This document shows, one piece after another, positions 14,707 to 33,341 of a stretch of 64,000 bases of DNA. The DNA lies in assembly GCF_009914755.1 (NCBI RefSeq), contig NC_060930.1, one strand, 5' to 3'. This stretch comes from the human T2T-CHM13v2.0 reference genome, Homo sapiens. A program made the position numbers and the translations under genes. Each line of letters opens with the position of its first letter. The first letter of the stretch is position 1. The notes under the pieces were generated by a model. That model made no database searches, was not told the DNA's origin, and saw only the letters and a program-made list of their open reading frames with translations.

Positions 14707-16913
14707 GAAGGACTATGCCCCCAGGGCCCACTGTAGCCTTTGAGACCATGGTGGAGTCTGTGTCCACAATGGCCTCAACCACAGGCTCTGAGAGTACCTC
14801 AACCTCTGAGATCATCGCCATCTCCACCATGGACTCTGAGACCTCCATAGGCTCAGAAGCCACCACAACTATTGTTGCAGCCTCTGAGGTTACCACACCC
14901 TCCACCACAGCATCTGTGCCACTGTGGCCTCAACCACCGGCTCTGAGAGCAGCACGGCCTCTGAGATCATCACGTCCTCTACAATGTCTGTGTCAGCCAC
15001 AGCCTCCAGCACAGCCTCCAGCACAGCCTCTGAGATCACCATGAGCTCTGCAGCCATCCCAGTCTCCTCCACAGCTTATGAGACCATCAGGTTCTCCACT
15101 GCAGTGTCTGAGCCAGTGACAGCCTCTATCCTGGCCCTTGAGTCCACCCTGGCCTTCACCACGGTCTCTAACACCACCACATCTTCCACAGTAACACCTG
15201 TGCCCACCACAGCTTCCACCTCAGGCTCTAAGAACACAACAGCCTGTGAGGCCACCATGTCTGAAACTACCATTGCTGCCATCACAGCCTCCGAGGACAC
15301 CACAGTCTCCACTCAAACCTCTGTGATAGCTGCAGAGTCTGTGCCCCACACAGCCACCAAAACACCTACTGACACCACCACAGCATCTGTGTCCGCCACA
15401 GTCCCCAAGAACAACACACCCTCTGTGATAACATCTACACCTTCCACAGCTCCCAACACAGCCTCTAAAACCATGACCACAGCTTCCAAGACCGCCACGA
15501 CCTCTACGATAACATCTCTGCCCACCACAGTCTTCACCACAACCTCTAAAATCACCGCAGGCTCTGAGACCCCCACAGCCTCCACCACAGACTCTGCGAC
15601 CACTGCAATCTCCACAAAAGCCTCTGGGACAACTGTAGAGTCTGCGCCCTCTACAGCCCCTCCAACACCTGCTGAGACCACCACAGCATCTGTGCCCACC
15701 ACAACCTCTACCACAGGCTCTGAGAACACCGGACACCACACAGTATCATCTGTGCCCACCACAGTCTTCGCTACAGCCTCTGAAAGCAGCACAGGCTCTG
15801 AGACCACCAGAGCTTCCACCTCTGCCACTGAAGTGACTACAGCCATGACCACAGCCATGACCACAGGTTCTGAGACTGCTGTGGTCTCCACCAAAGCTCC
15901 TGTGACAACCACACAGTCTGGGTTCTCCACAGCCACCGTAATGCCTGCTAAGACCACTACAGCGTCTGTGTCCACCACAGCCTCCACCACACTCTATCAG
16001 AATACTATAGACTCCGTGACCAAGTCTGTGCCCACCATGGACTCTACCATAGCCTCCAAGAGCACCACTCTCTCCAAGATAGTATCTGTGCCTACTGCAG
16101 TCTTTATCAAAGCGCCTGAAACCACCACAGGCTCTGAGATCACTCTGGCTTCCATCATAACCTCAGGAACCACTGCAGTCTGTGACTACATTGGCCTCTA
16201 GCAAAGATTCCGAGATCCCCACAGCCTGGATGATAACCTCTGTGCCTACTGTAGCTCCCACCTCAGCCTCTGAAACTACTGAGGCCTTCTCCACAGCCTC
16301 TGAGTCCACCACATCCTCTTTCAAAATATTTGTGTCCACCACATCCTAGCCTCCACTATGGCCTTTGAGGCCACATCAACCTCTGAGACCCCCACTACCT
16401 CCACAATAGTATCTGTGCCCACAACAACCTCCAAAATAACCTCTGAGAACACTGCAGGATTTTTATCCATGATGGGCTCTGAGACCACCACAGCCTCCAC
16501 TACAAGATCTGAGACCACTACAGCCACTGAAACCTCCACGGCTTCCCTCACAGATTCTGAGACCCCCAGTGCCTCCATAATAGTATCTATGCCCACAACC
16601 GCCTCCTCCACAGACTCTGAGACCACCACAGCCTCCACTGCAATATCCACGAGCAACATGGCTGTGAGCACAGCCTCTGAGGTCACTTCAGGGTCTGGAA
16701 GCAGCATGGCTTCCACCACAGGCTCTGAGGCCACCATGCCATCCACAGCAGTATCTGTGACCTCCACAGCCTTCGCTTTGGCCTCATCGCCCTTCTTGGC
16801 CTCTACCACAGCCTCTGGGGCCACTGCAACCTCCACCACTGTCTCTGCCACTTTCGTGCCCAACAAGGTCACTGACATTTCTACTCAGACCATCACCAAA
16901 ACAGTTGTGTCAG
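14707..16913 (+). pseudogene. Mucin pseudogene exon 2 (Thr/Ser-rich, TTASTTGSET-type repeats)
   Basis: Acceptor ttttcAG 14705-14706 (phase 1, as in MUC21); ORF pieces 14715, 14924-16201, 16358-16972; frameshifts ~14920, ~16178, ~16341; donor TCAG|GTACT 16913/16914. Confidence 0.88.
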
Positions 16914-17044
16914 GTACTAACCCCCATGTCTTCTCTGATCACACACATTTTAATTCCAATGGCAACCACTAGCTCTTCACCTGTTTCTATCATCTCTGCC
17001 CTGTCTCAAGTCAAGCCTGTACACTGTTAGGTATCATTTCCTGG

Positions 17045-20000
17045 AGGGCCCCTAGAGGCGAGGTTGAGAGTGTGACCCATGAGGAGATGTACTACACTCG
17101 AAAAGAACTGCTTGAATTTTCTAATTTATATAAACAGAAATCTGGAGAACAGGCATTAGAATGGATATGAAGGGTGTGGGATAATGGTGGAAGGAACATA
17201 GAGTTAGGTCAGGCTGAATTTATTGATTTGGCCCCACTAAATAGGGACTCTGCATTTAATGTTGCAGCTTGGGGAGTTAAAAAGGGTTCTAATAGTTTAT
17301 TTGCTTAGTTAGCTAAAATATGGATTAAAAGATGGCCCGCTGTGAGCAAGCTGATCTCCCTTGGTTTAATGTAAATGAAGGGATCCAAAGGCTTAGGGAG
17401 ATTGGGATGGTGGAGTGGATTAGTCAATTTAGACCTACTCATCCCAGCTGGGAGGGTCCAGAAGATATACCCTTGATGATGCTTTGCAAAATACATTTGT
17501 GAGGGCAGCACCTGCATATCTGAAGAGCCCTATAATTGCTCTTCTCTGTATGTCAGATCTAACAGTGGGAACCGCCGTCAGTCAACTGCAAAATTTAAAT
17601 ACAATGGGAATAATTGGATCCAGAGGTGGCAGGGGCCAAGTGGTAGCACTCAAACATCGAAGGCAATGTGGGTGTAGGTACCATAATGGACAGCAGAGGC
17701 AAAGTGGCAATCAGAATAGTCCAACTCATGCAGAGCTCTGGCATTGGCTAATTAATCACAGTGTTCCTAGAAGTGAAATTGATAGGAAGCCTATTGCATT
17801 CCTATTTAATTTATACAAGCAGAGAACTTCTAGGCTGAATGGACAAAAGACTAATTTGAATTATAAAAACAGAATCACGGCCCCTCAACCAATTTCCAGA
17901 CTTGAGCCAGTTCACAGACCCAGATCCCCTTGAATGAACGGGAGGCCGGGTCCCCTTGAGGAAGGACCCCACTACATTACCAACAATTTGTGCAGTGAAT
18001 CTTTCTCCCATCCTTCCCCAAGACCTCTGGCCTTTTACCAGGGTAACTGTGTATTGGGGAAAGGGAAATGATTAGACATTTTGGGGACTACTGGACACTG
18101 GCTCTGAGCTGGCGTTGATTCCAGGAGACCCAAAATGTCATTGTGGCCCTCCAGTTAAAGTATGGGCTTATGAGTCCGGGAGTGGTGGTTCATGCCTGTA
18201 ATCCCAGCATTTTGGAAGGCCAAGGCAGGTGGATCACGAGGTCAGGAGTTCGAGACCAGCCTGGCCAAAATAGTGAAACCCTCTCTACTAAAAATACAAA
18301 AATTAGCCACGTATGGTGGTGCACGCCTGTAGTCCCAGCTACTTGGGAGGCTGAGGCAGGAGAATAGCTTGAACCTGGGAAGTGGAGGTTGTGGTGAGCC
18401 AAGATCTGCCACTGCACTCCAGCCTGAGCAACAGAGTGAGACTCCGTCTCAAAAAAAAAAAAAAAAAAAAAAAAAAGTAGGCGTTTATAGAAGTCAGGTA
18501 ATTAATGGAGTTTTAGCCCAGGTCTGACTTATAGTGGGTCCCGTGGGTCCCTGGACTCATCCTGTGATCATTTCCTCAGTGCCAGAATGCATAATTGGCA
18601 TATACTTAGCAGCTGGCAGAACCCCTGCATTGGCTCCATGACTGGTAGGGTGAGGGTTACTATGGTGGAAAAGGCTGAATGGAAGCCATTAGAGCTGCCT
18701 CTACCTAGAAAAATAGTAAATAAAAAAAAAAAATCACATCCCAGGAGGGACTGCGGAGATTAGTGCCACCATCAAGGACTTGAAAGACACAGGGGTGGTG
18801 ATTCCCACCATATCCCCATTCAGTTCTCCCATTTGGCCTGTGCAGAAGACAGATGAATCTTGGAGAAGGACAGTGGATTATCGTAAGCCTAACCAAGTGG
18901 TGACTCCAATTACAGTTGCTGTACCCGATGTTGTTTCATTGCTTGAGCAAATTAACTCATCTCCTGGTACCTAGTATGCAGCCATTGACTTGGCAAATGC
19001 CTTTTTCTCCATTCCTGTCCATAGGCCCACCAGAAGTAATTTGCCTTCCGCTGGCAAGGCCAGCAATACAGCTTTACTGTCCTGTCTCAGGGGTATATCA
19101 ACTCTCCGGCTTTGTGTCATAATCTTATTCAGAGAGAGCTTGATCACTTTTTGCTTCTGCAAGATATCATACTGGTCCATTACATTGATGATATTATGCT
19201 GATTGGGTCCAGTGAGCAAGAAGTAGCAAACACACTGGACTTATTGGTGAGATATTTGTGTGCCAGAGGATGGGAAATAAATCTGACTAAAATTCAGGGA
19301 GCTTCTACCTCAGTAAAATTTCTAGGGGTCCAGTGGTGTGGGGCCTGTCAAGATATCCCTTCTAAGGTGAAGAAGTTGCTACATTTGGCCCCTCCTACAA
19401 CCAAGAAAGAAGCACAACGCCTAGTGGGCTTACTTGGATTTTGGAAGCAACACATTCCACATTTGAGTGTGTTACTCCAGCTCATTTATTGAGTCACCCG
19501 AAAGGCTGACAGTTTTGAGTGGGATCCAGAACAGGAGAAGGCTCTGCAACACGTCCAGGCTGCTATGCAAGCTGCTCTGCCACTTGGGCCATATGACCCA
19601 GCAGATCCAATGGTGCTTGAGGTGTCAGTGGCAGATAGGGATGCTGTTTGGAGCCTTCGGCAGGCCCACATAAGTGAATCACAGCAGAGGCCTCTAGGAT
19701 TTTGGAACAAGTCCCTGCCATCTTCTGCAGATAACTACTCTCCTTTTGAGAGACAGCTCTTGGCCTATTACTGGGCTTTGGTGGAAACTGAACATTTGAC
19801 TATCAGTCATCAAGTCACCATGTGACCTGAACTACCTATCATGAACTGGGTGCTTTCTGATCCATCTAGCTATAAAATGGGTCGGTGTGCGGCAGCATTC
19901 CATCATCAAATATAAGTGATATACACATGATCGGGCTCAAGCAGTTCCTGAAGGCACAAGTAAGTTACATGAGGAAGTGGCTCAAATGCCCATGGTCTCC

Positions 20001-22091
20001 ACTCCTGCCACCCTGCTTTCTCTTCCCCAGCTTGTACCGATGACCTCATGGGGAGTTCCCTATGATCAGTTGACAGAGGAAGAGAAGACTAGGGCCTGGT
20101 TCACAGATGGTTCTGCACAATATGGAGCACTAACCGAAAGTGAACAGTTGCAGCACTACAGCCCCTCTCTAGGACATCCCTGAAGGACAGCGGTGGAGGG
20201 AAATATTCTCAGTGGGCAGAACTTCAAGCAGTGCACTTGGTTCTGCACTTTGCATGGAAGGAGAACGGTCAGATGTGTGATTATTTACTGATGCATAATC
20301 AGTAGGGGGTTTGGCTGGATGGTCAGGGACTTGGAAGAAGCACGATTGGAAAATTGGTGACAAAGAAATGTGGGAAAGAGTTATGTGGATGGACCTCTCT
20401 GAGTGGTCAAAAACTGTGAAGATATTTGTATCTCATGTGAGTGCTCACCAACAGATGACCTCAGCAGAGGAGGATTTTAATAATCAAGTGGATACGATGA
20501 CCCGTTCTGTGGATACCATTCAGCCTCTTTCCCCAGCCAACCCTGTCATCACCCAATGGGCCCATGAGCAAAGTGGCCGTGGTGTCAGGGATGGAGGTTA
20601 TGAATGGGCTCAGCAACATGGACTTCCATTCACCAAGGCTGACCTGGCTATGGCCACTGCTGAATGCCCAATTTGCCAGCAGCAGAGACCAACACTGAGC
20701 CCTCAGTATAGCACCATTCCTCAGGATGATCAGCCAGCTGATTACTGGATTACTGGCTGGACTTCTTTCATCATGCAAAGGGCAGAGGTTTGTCCTCACT
20801 GGAATAGACACTTACTCCTGATATGGGTTTGCCTATCCTGCATGCAATGCTTCTGCCAAGACTACCATCGTGAAGTCACAGAATGCCTTATCCACCATCA
20901 TGGTTCCACACAGCATTACCTCTGGCCAAGGCATTCACTTTACAGCTAAAGAAGGGTGGCAGTGGGCTCATGCTCATGGAATTTACTGGTCTTATGTTCC
21001 CCATTATCCTAAAGCAGGTGGATTGATAGAACGGTGGAATGGCCTTTTGAAGTCACAATTACGACATCAACTAGGTGACAATACTTTGCAGGGCTGGGGC
21101 AAAATTCTCTAGAAGGCTGTGTATGCTCTGAATCAGTGTCCATTGTATGGTACTGTTTCTCCCATAGCCAGCATTCCTGGGTCCAGGAAGCAAGGGATGG
21201 AAGTGGAAGTGGCACCACTCACCATCACCCCTAGTGATCCACTAGCAAAATTTTTGCTTCCTGTTCCTGTGACATTACATTCTGCTGGCCTAGAGGTCTT
21301 AGCTCCAGAGGGAGGAACGCTGCCACCAGGAGACACAACAACAATGCCATTAAACTGGAAGTTAAAATTGCCACCTGGACACTTTGGGCTCCTTCTACCT
21401 TTACGTTAACAGGCTTAGAAGGGAGTTACAGTGTTGGCTGCTGTGACTGACCTAGACTATCCTGATGAAGTCAGTCTACTACTCCACAACGGAGGTAAGG
21501 AAAAGTATGCATGGAATACTTGAGATCCATTAGGGCGTCTCTTAGCATTACCATGCCCTGTGATTAAGGTCAGTGGGAAACTACAACAGCCCAATCCAGG
21601 CAGGACTACAAATGACCCAGACCCTTCAGAAATGGAAGTTTGGGTCACTCCACCAGGAAAAAACCATGACCTGCTGAGATGCTTGCTAAAGGGAAAGGGA
21701 ATACAGAATGGGTAGCAGAAGAAGGTAGCCATCAATACCAACTATGACTGCGTGACCAGCTGCAGAAAGAGCGCTGTAATTGTCATGAGTATTTCCTCCT
21801 TCTTTTGTTAAAAACACGTTTGTACATGTATACACTTGTACTAAGAAAATATCTTCATTTTATTTCCTTTCTCCTTTATTATGTGATGTAAGATTTATTG
21901 ACTTCACATCAGCATTTAAGTATTATTAACTTTGCGTAATAGCATATGGGCTGGGGATTGGTGCGTTTCCGGTTGTATGAAGGATAGTTGTATTATGTTG
22001 GGCATAATTATGACCTTATTATTGTCTTTATTTGAAGATTATGTATAATCTCAGGAGATGCGCATGGGTTCAAGTTGACAAGGGGTGGACT
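17045..22091 (+). mobile_element. HERV-L internal region, 5'-deleted (partial gag, protease, RT/RNase H, integrase, dUTPase; defective)
   Basis: LLDTGSEL ~18088-18111; VHYIDD ~19175-19192; WFTDGS; WAHEQ...CPICQ zinc finger; LPPGHFGLLLPL dUTPase after integrase; no env; PPT aggggtgga at 22081. Confidence 0.92.
18175..18476 (+). mobile_element. AluS inserted in the HERV-L protease region
   Basis: Alu consensus, long A tail, TSD-like aaagta..g..ttat. Confidence 0.92.
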
Positions 22092-22500
22092 TATGATGGT
22101 TAATACTGAGTGTCAACCTGATTGGATTGAAGGACACAAAGTATTGATCGTGGGTGTGTCTGCGAGGGTGTTACCAAAGGAGATGAACATTTGAGTCAGT
22201 GGCCTCAGAAAGGCAGACCCACCCTTAATCTGGGTGGCACAATCTAATCAGCTGCCAGAGTGGCTAGAATTTAAGCAGGCAGAAAAATGTGAAAAGAGAG
22301 ACTGGCCCAGCCTCCCAGCCTACATCTTCCTCCCGTGCTGGATGCTTCCTCAGTTTTGGAACTCGGACTGGCTCTCCTTTCTCCTCAGCCTGCAGACGGC
22401 CTATTGTGGGGCCTTGTGATCATGTGAGTTAATATTTAATAAACTCCGCTTTATATATATTCCATCAGTTCTGTCGCTGTAGAGAACCCTGACTAATACA
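22092..22500 (+). mobile_element. MLT2A-type 3' LTR of HERV-L
   Basis: t(a)tgatggttaatactgagtgtcaac...agagaaccctgactaataca directly after the PPT. Confidence 0.9.
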
Positions 22501-22571
22501 CCCCTCTTCCAACATTGGAGATTACAATTTGACATGAGATTTGGGCAGGGACACAAATCCAAATCATATCA
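22501..22571 (-). mobile_element. MST (MaLR) LTR 5'-end fragment
   Basis: Reverse complement tgatatgatttggatttgtgtccctgcccaaatctcatgtcaaattgtaatctccaatgttgg. Confidence 0.75.
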
Positions 22572-23370
22572 CCTTGCTCCAGTCTAAGACCAAACAATTA
22601 TGTTCATTCTCTGGCACTTTCCATCAGCAAGCCGGTTGCATCTGATTCTATCCTCTTCGTTCTGAGCACCCTCACCTCTATTCTGGTGACTGGTGCTGTT
22701 TGGGATCCTATTTTCACCACTTCTGACCTAGGCACACCCATTGCTATCAAAGCCACCACCACTGCCTCTGCTGTGTTGATTCTCACTCGCACCTGTCTGA
22801 GCCCACCCTCTCCTGTCCCTGTGAGCAGCCTTCTCCACTTGGGTCAGGTCCTCCCACATCTGCCCAAGCACACTCACCCCACCTTTGCTGACCACCACAG
22901 TGTGGTAGATGATGTCACCTCCGTCCCAGCCACGGCCACTGGCATGCCCATGAATGAATCCAATTCTGTCATCTCCTCCTCCAGCTCCCTCCTTACACCC
23001 AGTGATCACAGTCACAAAAGAAGCAGGGCCTGCCACTTTGTATACAAGCCCGCCCTCTTCTATTTGGGTGGCCACTTCCGAAGTCAAATAGATCTTCCAC
23101 TTCCATACCCATCACGGTCACGTTTCCTCAACCTTCTGCCTCCTCCATCACCAACTCCACCAGGTGACACATTCTACCTCCTCCTCTGTACGACACCCAC
23201 CTCTATTGTGAGGACACAGCCACAGAGGAATGGCTTTCTACCATCTCTCCTCCCCCACCACCCCTCTCCTGAGCTACTCTCACCATAGACATGTTAGATT
23301 CACCCCGCTCTGCTCTAAGCGCTCCCACTCCCCTTTAATTATCTCTGCTATGAATGCATCATGTTGTGTG

Positions 23371-23747
<377 letters not shown>

Positions 23748-23868
23748 TGAGTGACTGAGCATGGAAATGGGCAGAGCTTTCCTGAGAAGATAGATCACGA
23801 GGAGGATTAGAATTGACGGAAGAAGGGCCACTAGACTATTAGCATGGAGAGGGGTCTGGAGAGTCACT

Positions 23869-25067
<1,199 letters not shown>

Positions 25068-25956
25068 CTAGAAAAAACATCTTTGGAAAGTGATGAACAT
25101 TTAGGTCCTCAACAGGTTTTTCACTTTCAAGACAGACAAAATCATAAGCTCCTTCCAGGGTGAGAGTGGGGCATGTCCCACCTCATGCCTTTATGATTTT
25201 ACCCAAGTGAAAACAAATTCACTTTTCTAGGTACCTCTTAGCACAACTCAAATAGGCTAGAGATTTCAAAACTTCATGAAACACTAAGGGAAGTTGACAA
25301 AGAAATGCCCTTCTGGAGAATGGAGGCTGTAGAAACGCTCCCCCTGGTGTAGGGGAGGGTTTGACGTTCCAGAGGCCCCAGCCCTCCGCAGTTCTTGGTG
25401 CCAATGTGACAGCCACTGGCCAGCAGCAGACTGTGTTCTATTGTCCATCCTGGTCTTAATCTTCTATTCAAATGTATTTCTCTTGTTCTATTTTAAGAAA
25501 TAGAACATTTATATTTTCCCATTTTGGCTTTATGTATTCCTGTATGCAGTCTTGTAAATTTGTAGGAGGAGCCAGAGTGAGTACACAATACATAAATGAG
25601 AAATTCACACAAGCCACAAACAGTTAACATAATTTACAATCAACTTACCTGAGTTTCTTATTTCAGAGTCTCTGACCCCTCCCTAAGGGAAGAACAATAT
25701 GTGACTCACCAGCCATGAGCAACCCCCTAAATGTTTAAGATAAAGATGTAATATTAGTTAACTAGCATTTTATTAGCTATCTACTAGGTATGAGGTCCAG
25801 GGCCCAGAGTGCTTAGAGGGCATCATCTCTCCTTTGCTCTGCTCAACCACCCTTGGGGATGCGTACTCCTATTATCCCATTTTATAGACTAGAAAACTGG
25901 AAGCAGAGACATAAGTAACTTGCTGAAGACCACAGGACAAGGCCACGCAGAGCTAG

Positions 25957-26303
<347 letters not shown>

Positions 26304-26523
26304 CACAGTGTTTTTTAGATAGTTCTCCAACCTTTAGCTCTTTATGGCCTGTCTCTTATTTTTCTTTATCTTTAAAAATTGAGGTGTAATTCTTACCAAT
26401 AAAAAATGATAAGTATGCAAGGCAATAGATATGTTAATTTGATTTAATAATTTCAAAATGTATACATATATCAAAACATCACATTGTACACCATAAGTAT
26501 ATGCAATATTTATTCACCAGCTT

Positions 26524-28335
<1,812 letters not shown>

Positions 28336-28575
28336 ACTTATCTTGTCTTGAAAGTTGAGCAGCATAGATCCCTACCAAGGTACAAGTATACTAATTAGGA
28401 AGACTGTTTTCTCCAATAAATAAATAAATAAGAGGAAGAGAGTCCTAAATATCATCCACACACACACACACACAGGAAGACTTGATGAGAAAATAGACAA
28501 TATTGAAAAGTGAAAATTTATGAATTTTGATAATCCAAGGTTTAATGATAAGAAAGAAAAGGAGTTAACTACTAA

Positions 28576-29200
<625 letters not shown>

Positions 29201-30764
29201 GCATAACCATGGTTCCAACTCTTGTGGGGAGGAGGGGTCACGATGATCAAGCTCAGAACAATTTCTCTTTGATCTCTCAACACACAAGTCAGAACTCTTT
29301 AGGCTTTGGCTTTCTATCGTTTCCTCAGGATGGAACCTGACCAGTAGGAGGAAGAATAAGATTATCACAGTTTATAATAATGGAGGGGGTAAAAAATTTC
29401 CCCTGAGAATTTGTAATTACACAACTTTCTTTATTTGGATTTGTAACTTCAAACTCTACAAACTGAGTAGATCAGAAAATCCTGTTAGACTCACTCAGTG
29501 CCCTCCAGTTCTTCATCTTTGGGAAGAGTCTCCCTCCCTACTTCTTTGCCTCTTTCAAATGCTATGTGATAAGTTAGAAGAAATTTACTGGGACAGTGCT
29601 ACAAATTAAAATCTCAAAATACACCTGGCATCTATGTATTTATGTATTTATGTTTGTCTTTTTTATTTTCCCTTTGTCCTTTATTATTGCATGCTTATTA
29701 AGTGCCAAACACTATGCTAGTGCCTGTAAATACATCACCATTTATTTCTCAAAACAATCCAATGACAACTTAAACTTCTTGCTATATAATGGACTACGTG
29801 CCCTGACTGAAAATACACTGTAAAGCTAAGTTATGGACTTCAAAATCTTCTTAAAAGAGTCAGTGAATTGGCATGAAAGTATGGAATGCTAAAATTAAAG
29901 ACTAAATAGGACCCAGGAGGTAAGGGAAGTAATGAAGCCAACTTTTGCAAAACCCAAAGAACTTAAGCTTCGGGTATTACAGCTTCAGCTGGATCAGCCC
30001 AAGGTCATGGGTGGGGAGGAATCACATAAATCTGTAACTTTCAGTGAGAATGTAAACTAAAAATAAACCTGCCCCTCCTCTAAGGAAATGTAAGCAAAAT
30101 TGCCTGTCTCTAAATTTGGTGCAGAGGAGGGTAGAGGGAGTATCCCTTGAGAAATAAATTGTAACCACAACAACCAACAATACCTTACTTACATGGTTTG
30201 TAGCCACAAATCATGCAGTCTAGGTAATTCAAAAGACCGCAATCCTATAGTTTAGCTTAAAATAATCCTCAAATTATACAGCATATATATGTATTAAAAC
30301 ATTAAATTGTACCCCATAAGTATATACAGTAACAATGTTAATAAAATATTTTAATTAAAAATATAATAATAAAATAATCCTCAAATGGTAATGTCTCCAT
30401 ATGCTTGGAAAAAACATGCAAATTCTCTGTGAAAGATCGTAGCTTAATCTGTAATTCCAGAAATTTGGGAGGCCGAGGCAGTAGGATTGCCTGAGCCCAG
30501 AAGGTCAAGGCTGCAGTGAGTTATGCTAGTGCCACTGCAGCCTTGATCTCGACAGATAACATTCCAAGAAAAATAAATTTATAGTCATGATTCTCAAATC
30601 ATAAGTGAAAACAGACACCCTGAGTGAAAACCAGCAAGGAAGAAAACAAAACCAAAAAGCTAGACAGCAGTATCAGATCCTCAAAGACTTTAGGTATTGA
30701 AATTATTAAATACAGAATATAAGGTAAGTAGGTTTAAATGTACGTCCTGGCTTTATTTTTAATT

Positions 30765-32105
<1,341 letters not shown>

Positions 32106-32915
32106 TGTCACGGCTTTATGGTTGTCTGCTAACACCCATTCTCCACCTTTAGCAACAGATCTCTCAAGTGTCAGCTGAGCACACGTCTACCCAGCTAGAG
32201 ACAGTCTTTCTCAGTTTCTCTTGCAGCTTAACATGGCTGTGTGACTGCGTTCAGGCTGAGGGTGTGTAAGCAGACAACAATAATTTTTTTTTTACAATAA
32301 TCTTTCATGAAGTTAACAAACAAGAAGGAATTAAAATACTTGATGATATTAGGGTATGATTTGGGAGATGGGTAATACGAATTAAAATGTTCTGAGGTCT
32401 TTGTGTTATTTTGATAGCGAGTAAAGATATTAATTACATTAGGCTCTGATAAGTATGCGCGCTACAATTTTCAGAGTACCCTCTAAAAGGTGAAATTTGG
32501 ACTTGAATCCAGGATCTCAGTTTCTAAATAATTCTGGAAGAAGAAAATTCTTAGAGTGCTATTGGCTTTTCAGCTGCAGAATACTGGCACATCAGAAGAA
32601 TTGCTGGGAGTCCAGGACCCAACCTGTCACTGAGCGTTCCCGCATACCTGACCCTCTGGAACTTCCCATCACAGCCACTAGGCAGACTCACTTCTGAGCC
32701 TTTCCCAGCACACCGCTGACCCTTTCTGTTTCTCCAGCTCACTCATTCAGAGCTCCTTCATGTCTTCAGCCACCTCCTGCTTGCCAGCTTCCTTCTAACA
32801 GAACTTGCATGTCAGGAAAGCTCGTTCGCCTACAAATAAACTATCTGAGAGACTGTGTCTTCCAGGAAGCTTCTCGTCATTGTTGGGGGAAATGCAGACA
32901 ACTCACTTTGGTCAT

Positions 32916-33341
32916 TGCAATGGTTTGGATGTGGTTGTTAAACCCTGCCAAGTCTCATGTTGAAATTTGATTCCCAATGTTGGAGGTGGAGCCTGGTGGG
33001 AGGAGTTTGGGTGGTTGAAACAGATCCCTCATGAACAGCTCGGTGCCATTCTCAACCAGTGAGTTCTCACTCTTAGTTCCCACAAGAACTGGTTGTTGAA
33101 AAGATCCTGTCACCTCCTCCATTCCTTCTTTCCAGCTTCCTCTCTCTCGCTATATGATCTGTGCAAACCGGCTCCCCTTCTCCTTCGGCCACGAGTGGAA
33201 GCTTTTTGAAGCCCTCACCAGTGCAGACGTTGGTGCCATGCTTCTCATACAGCCTGCAGAACCGTGAGGCAAATAAGCCTCTTTTCTCTATGTCACCCAC
33301 AGTCAGGGATTCCTTTATAGCAACACCAATGGACTATGACA
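32916..33341 (+). mobile_element. MSTB-type MaLR solo LTR
   Basis: tgcaatggtttggatgt...ctcatgttgaaatttgattcccaatgttggagg...tcctttatagcaacac..ggactatgaca. Confidence 0.8.

Noticed and set aside
14924-16201. Stand-alone intact 425-aa mucin gene
   Set aside because: GTG start, no signal peptide, bounded by frameshifts; fragment of a larger pseudo-exon
14645-16878. Val-rich minus-strand ORFs
   Set aside because: Reverse complement of Thr/Ser codons in the pseudogene exon
17045-22091. Coding-competent or domesticated retroviral gene
   Set aside because: Gag, pol and integrase are broken by many stops, frameshifts and an Alu
29605-29610. ATTAAA as poly(A) signal of the mucin pseudogene
   Set aside because: Plausible position, but the hexamer is common in AT-rich DNA and has no independent support
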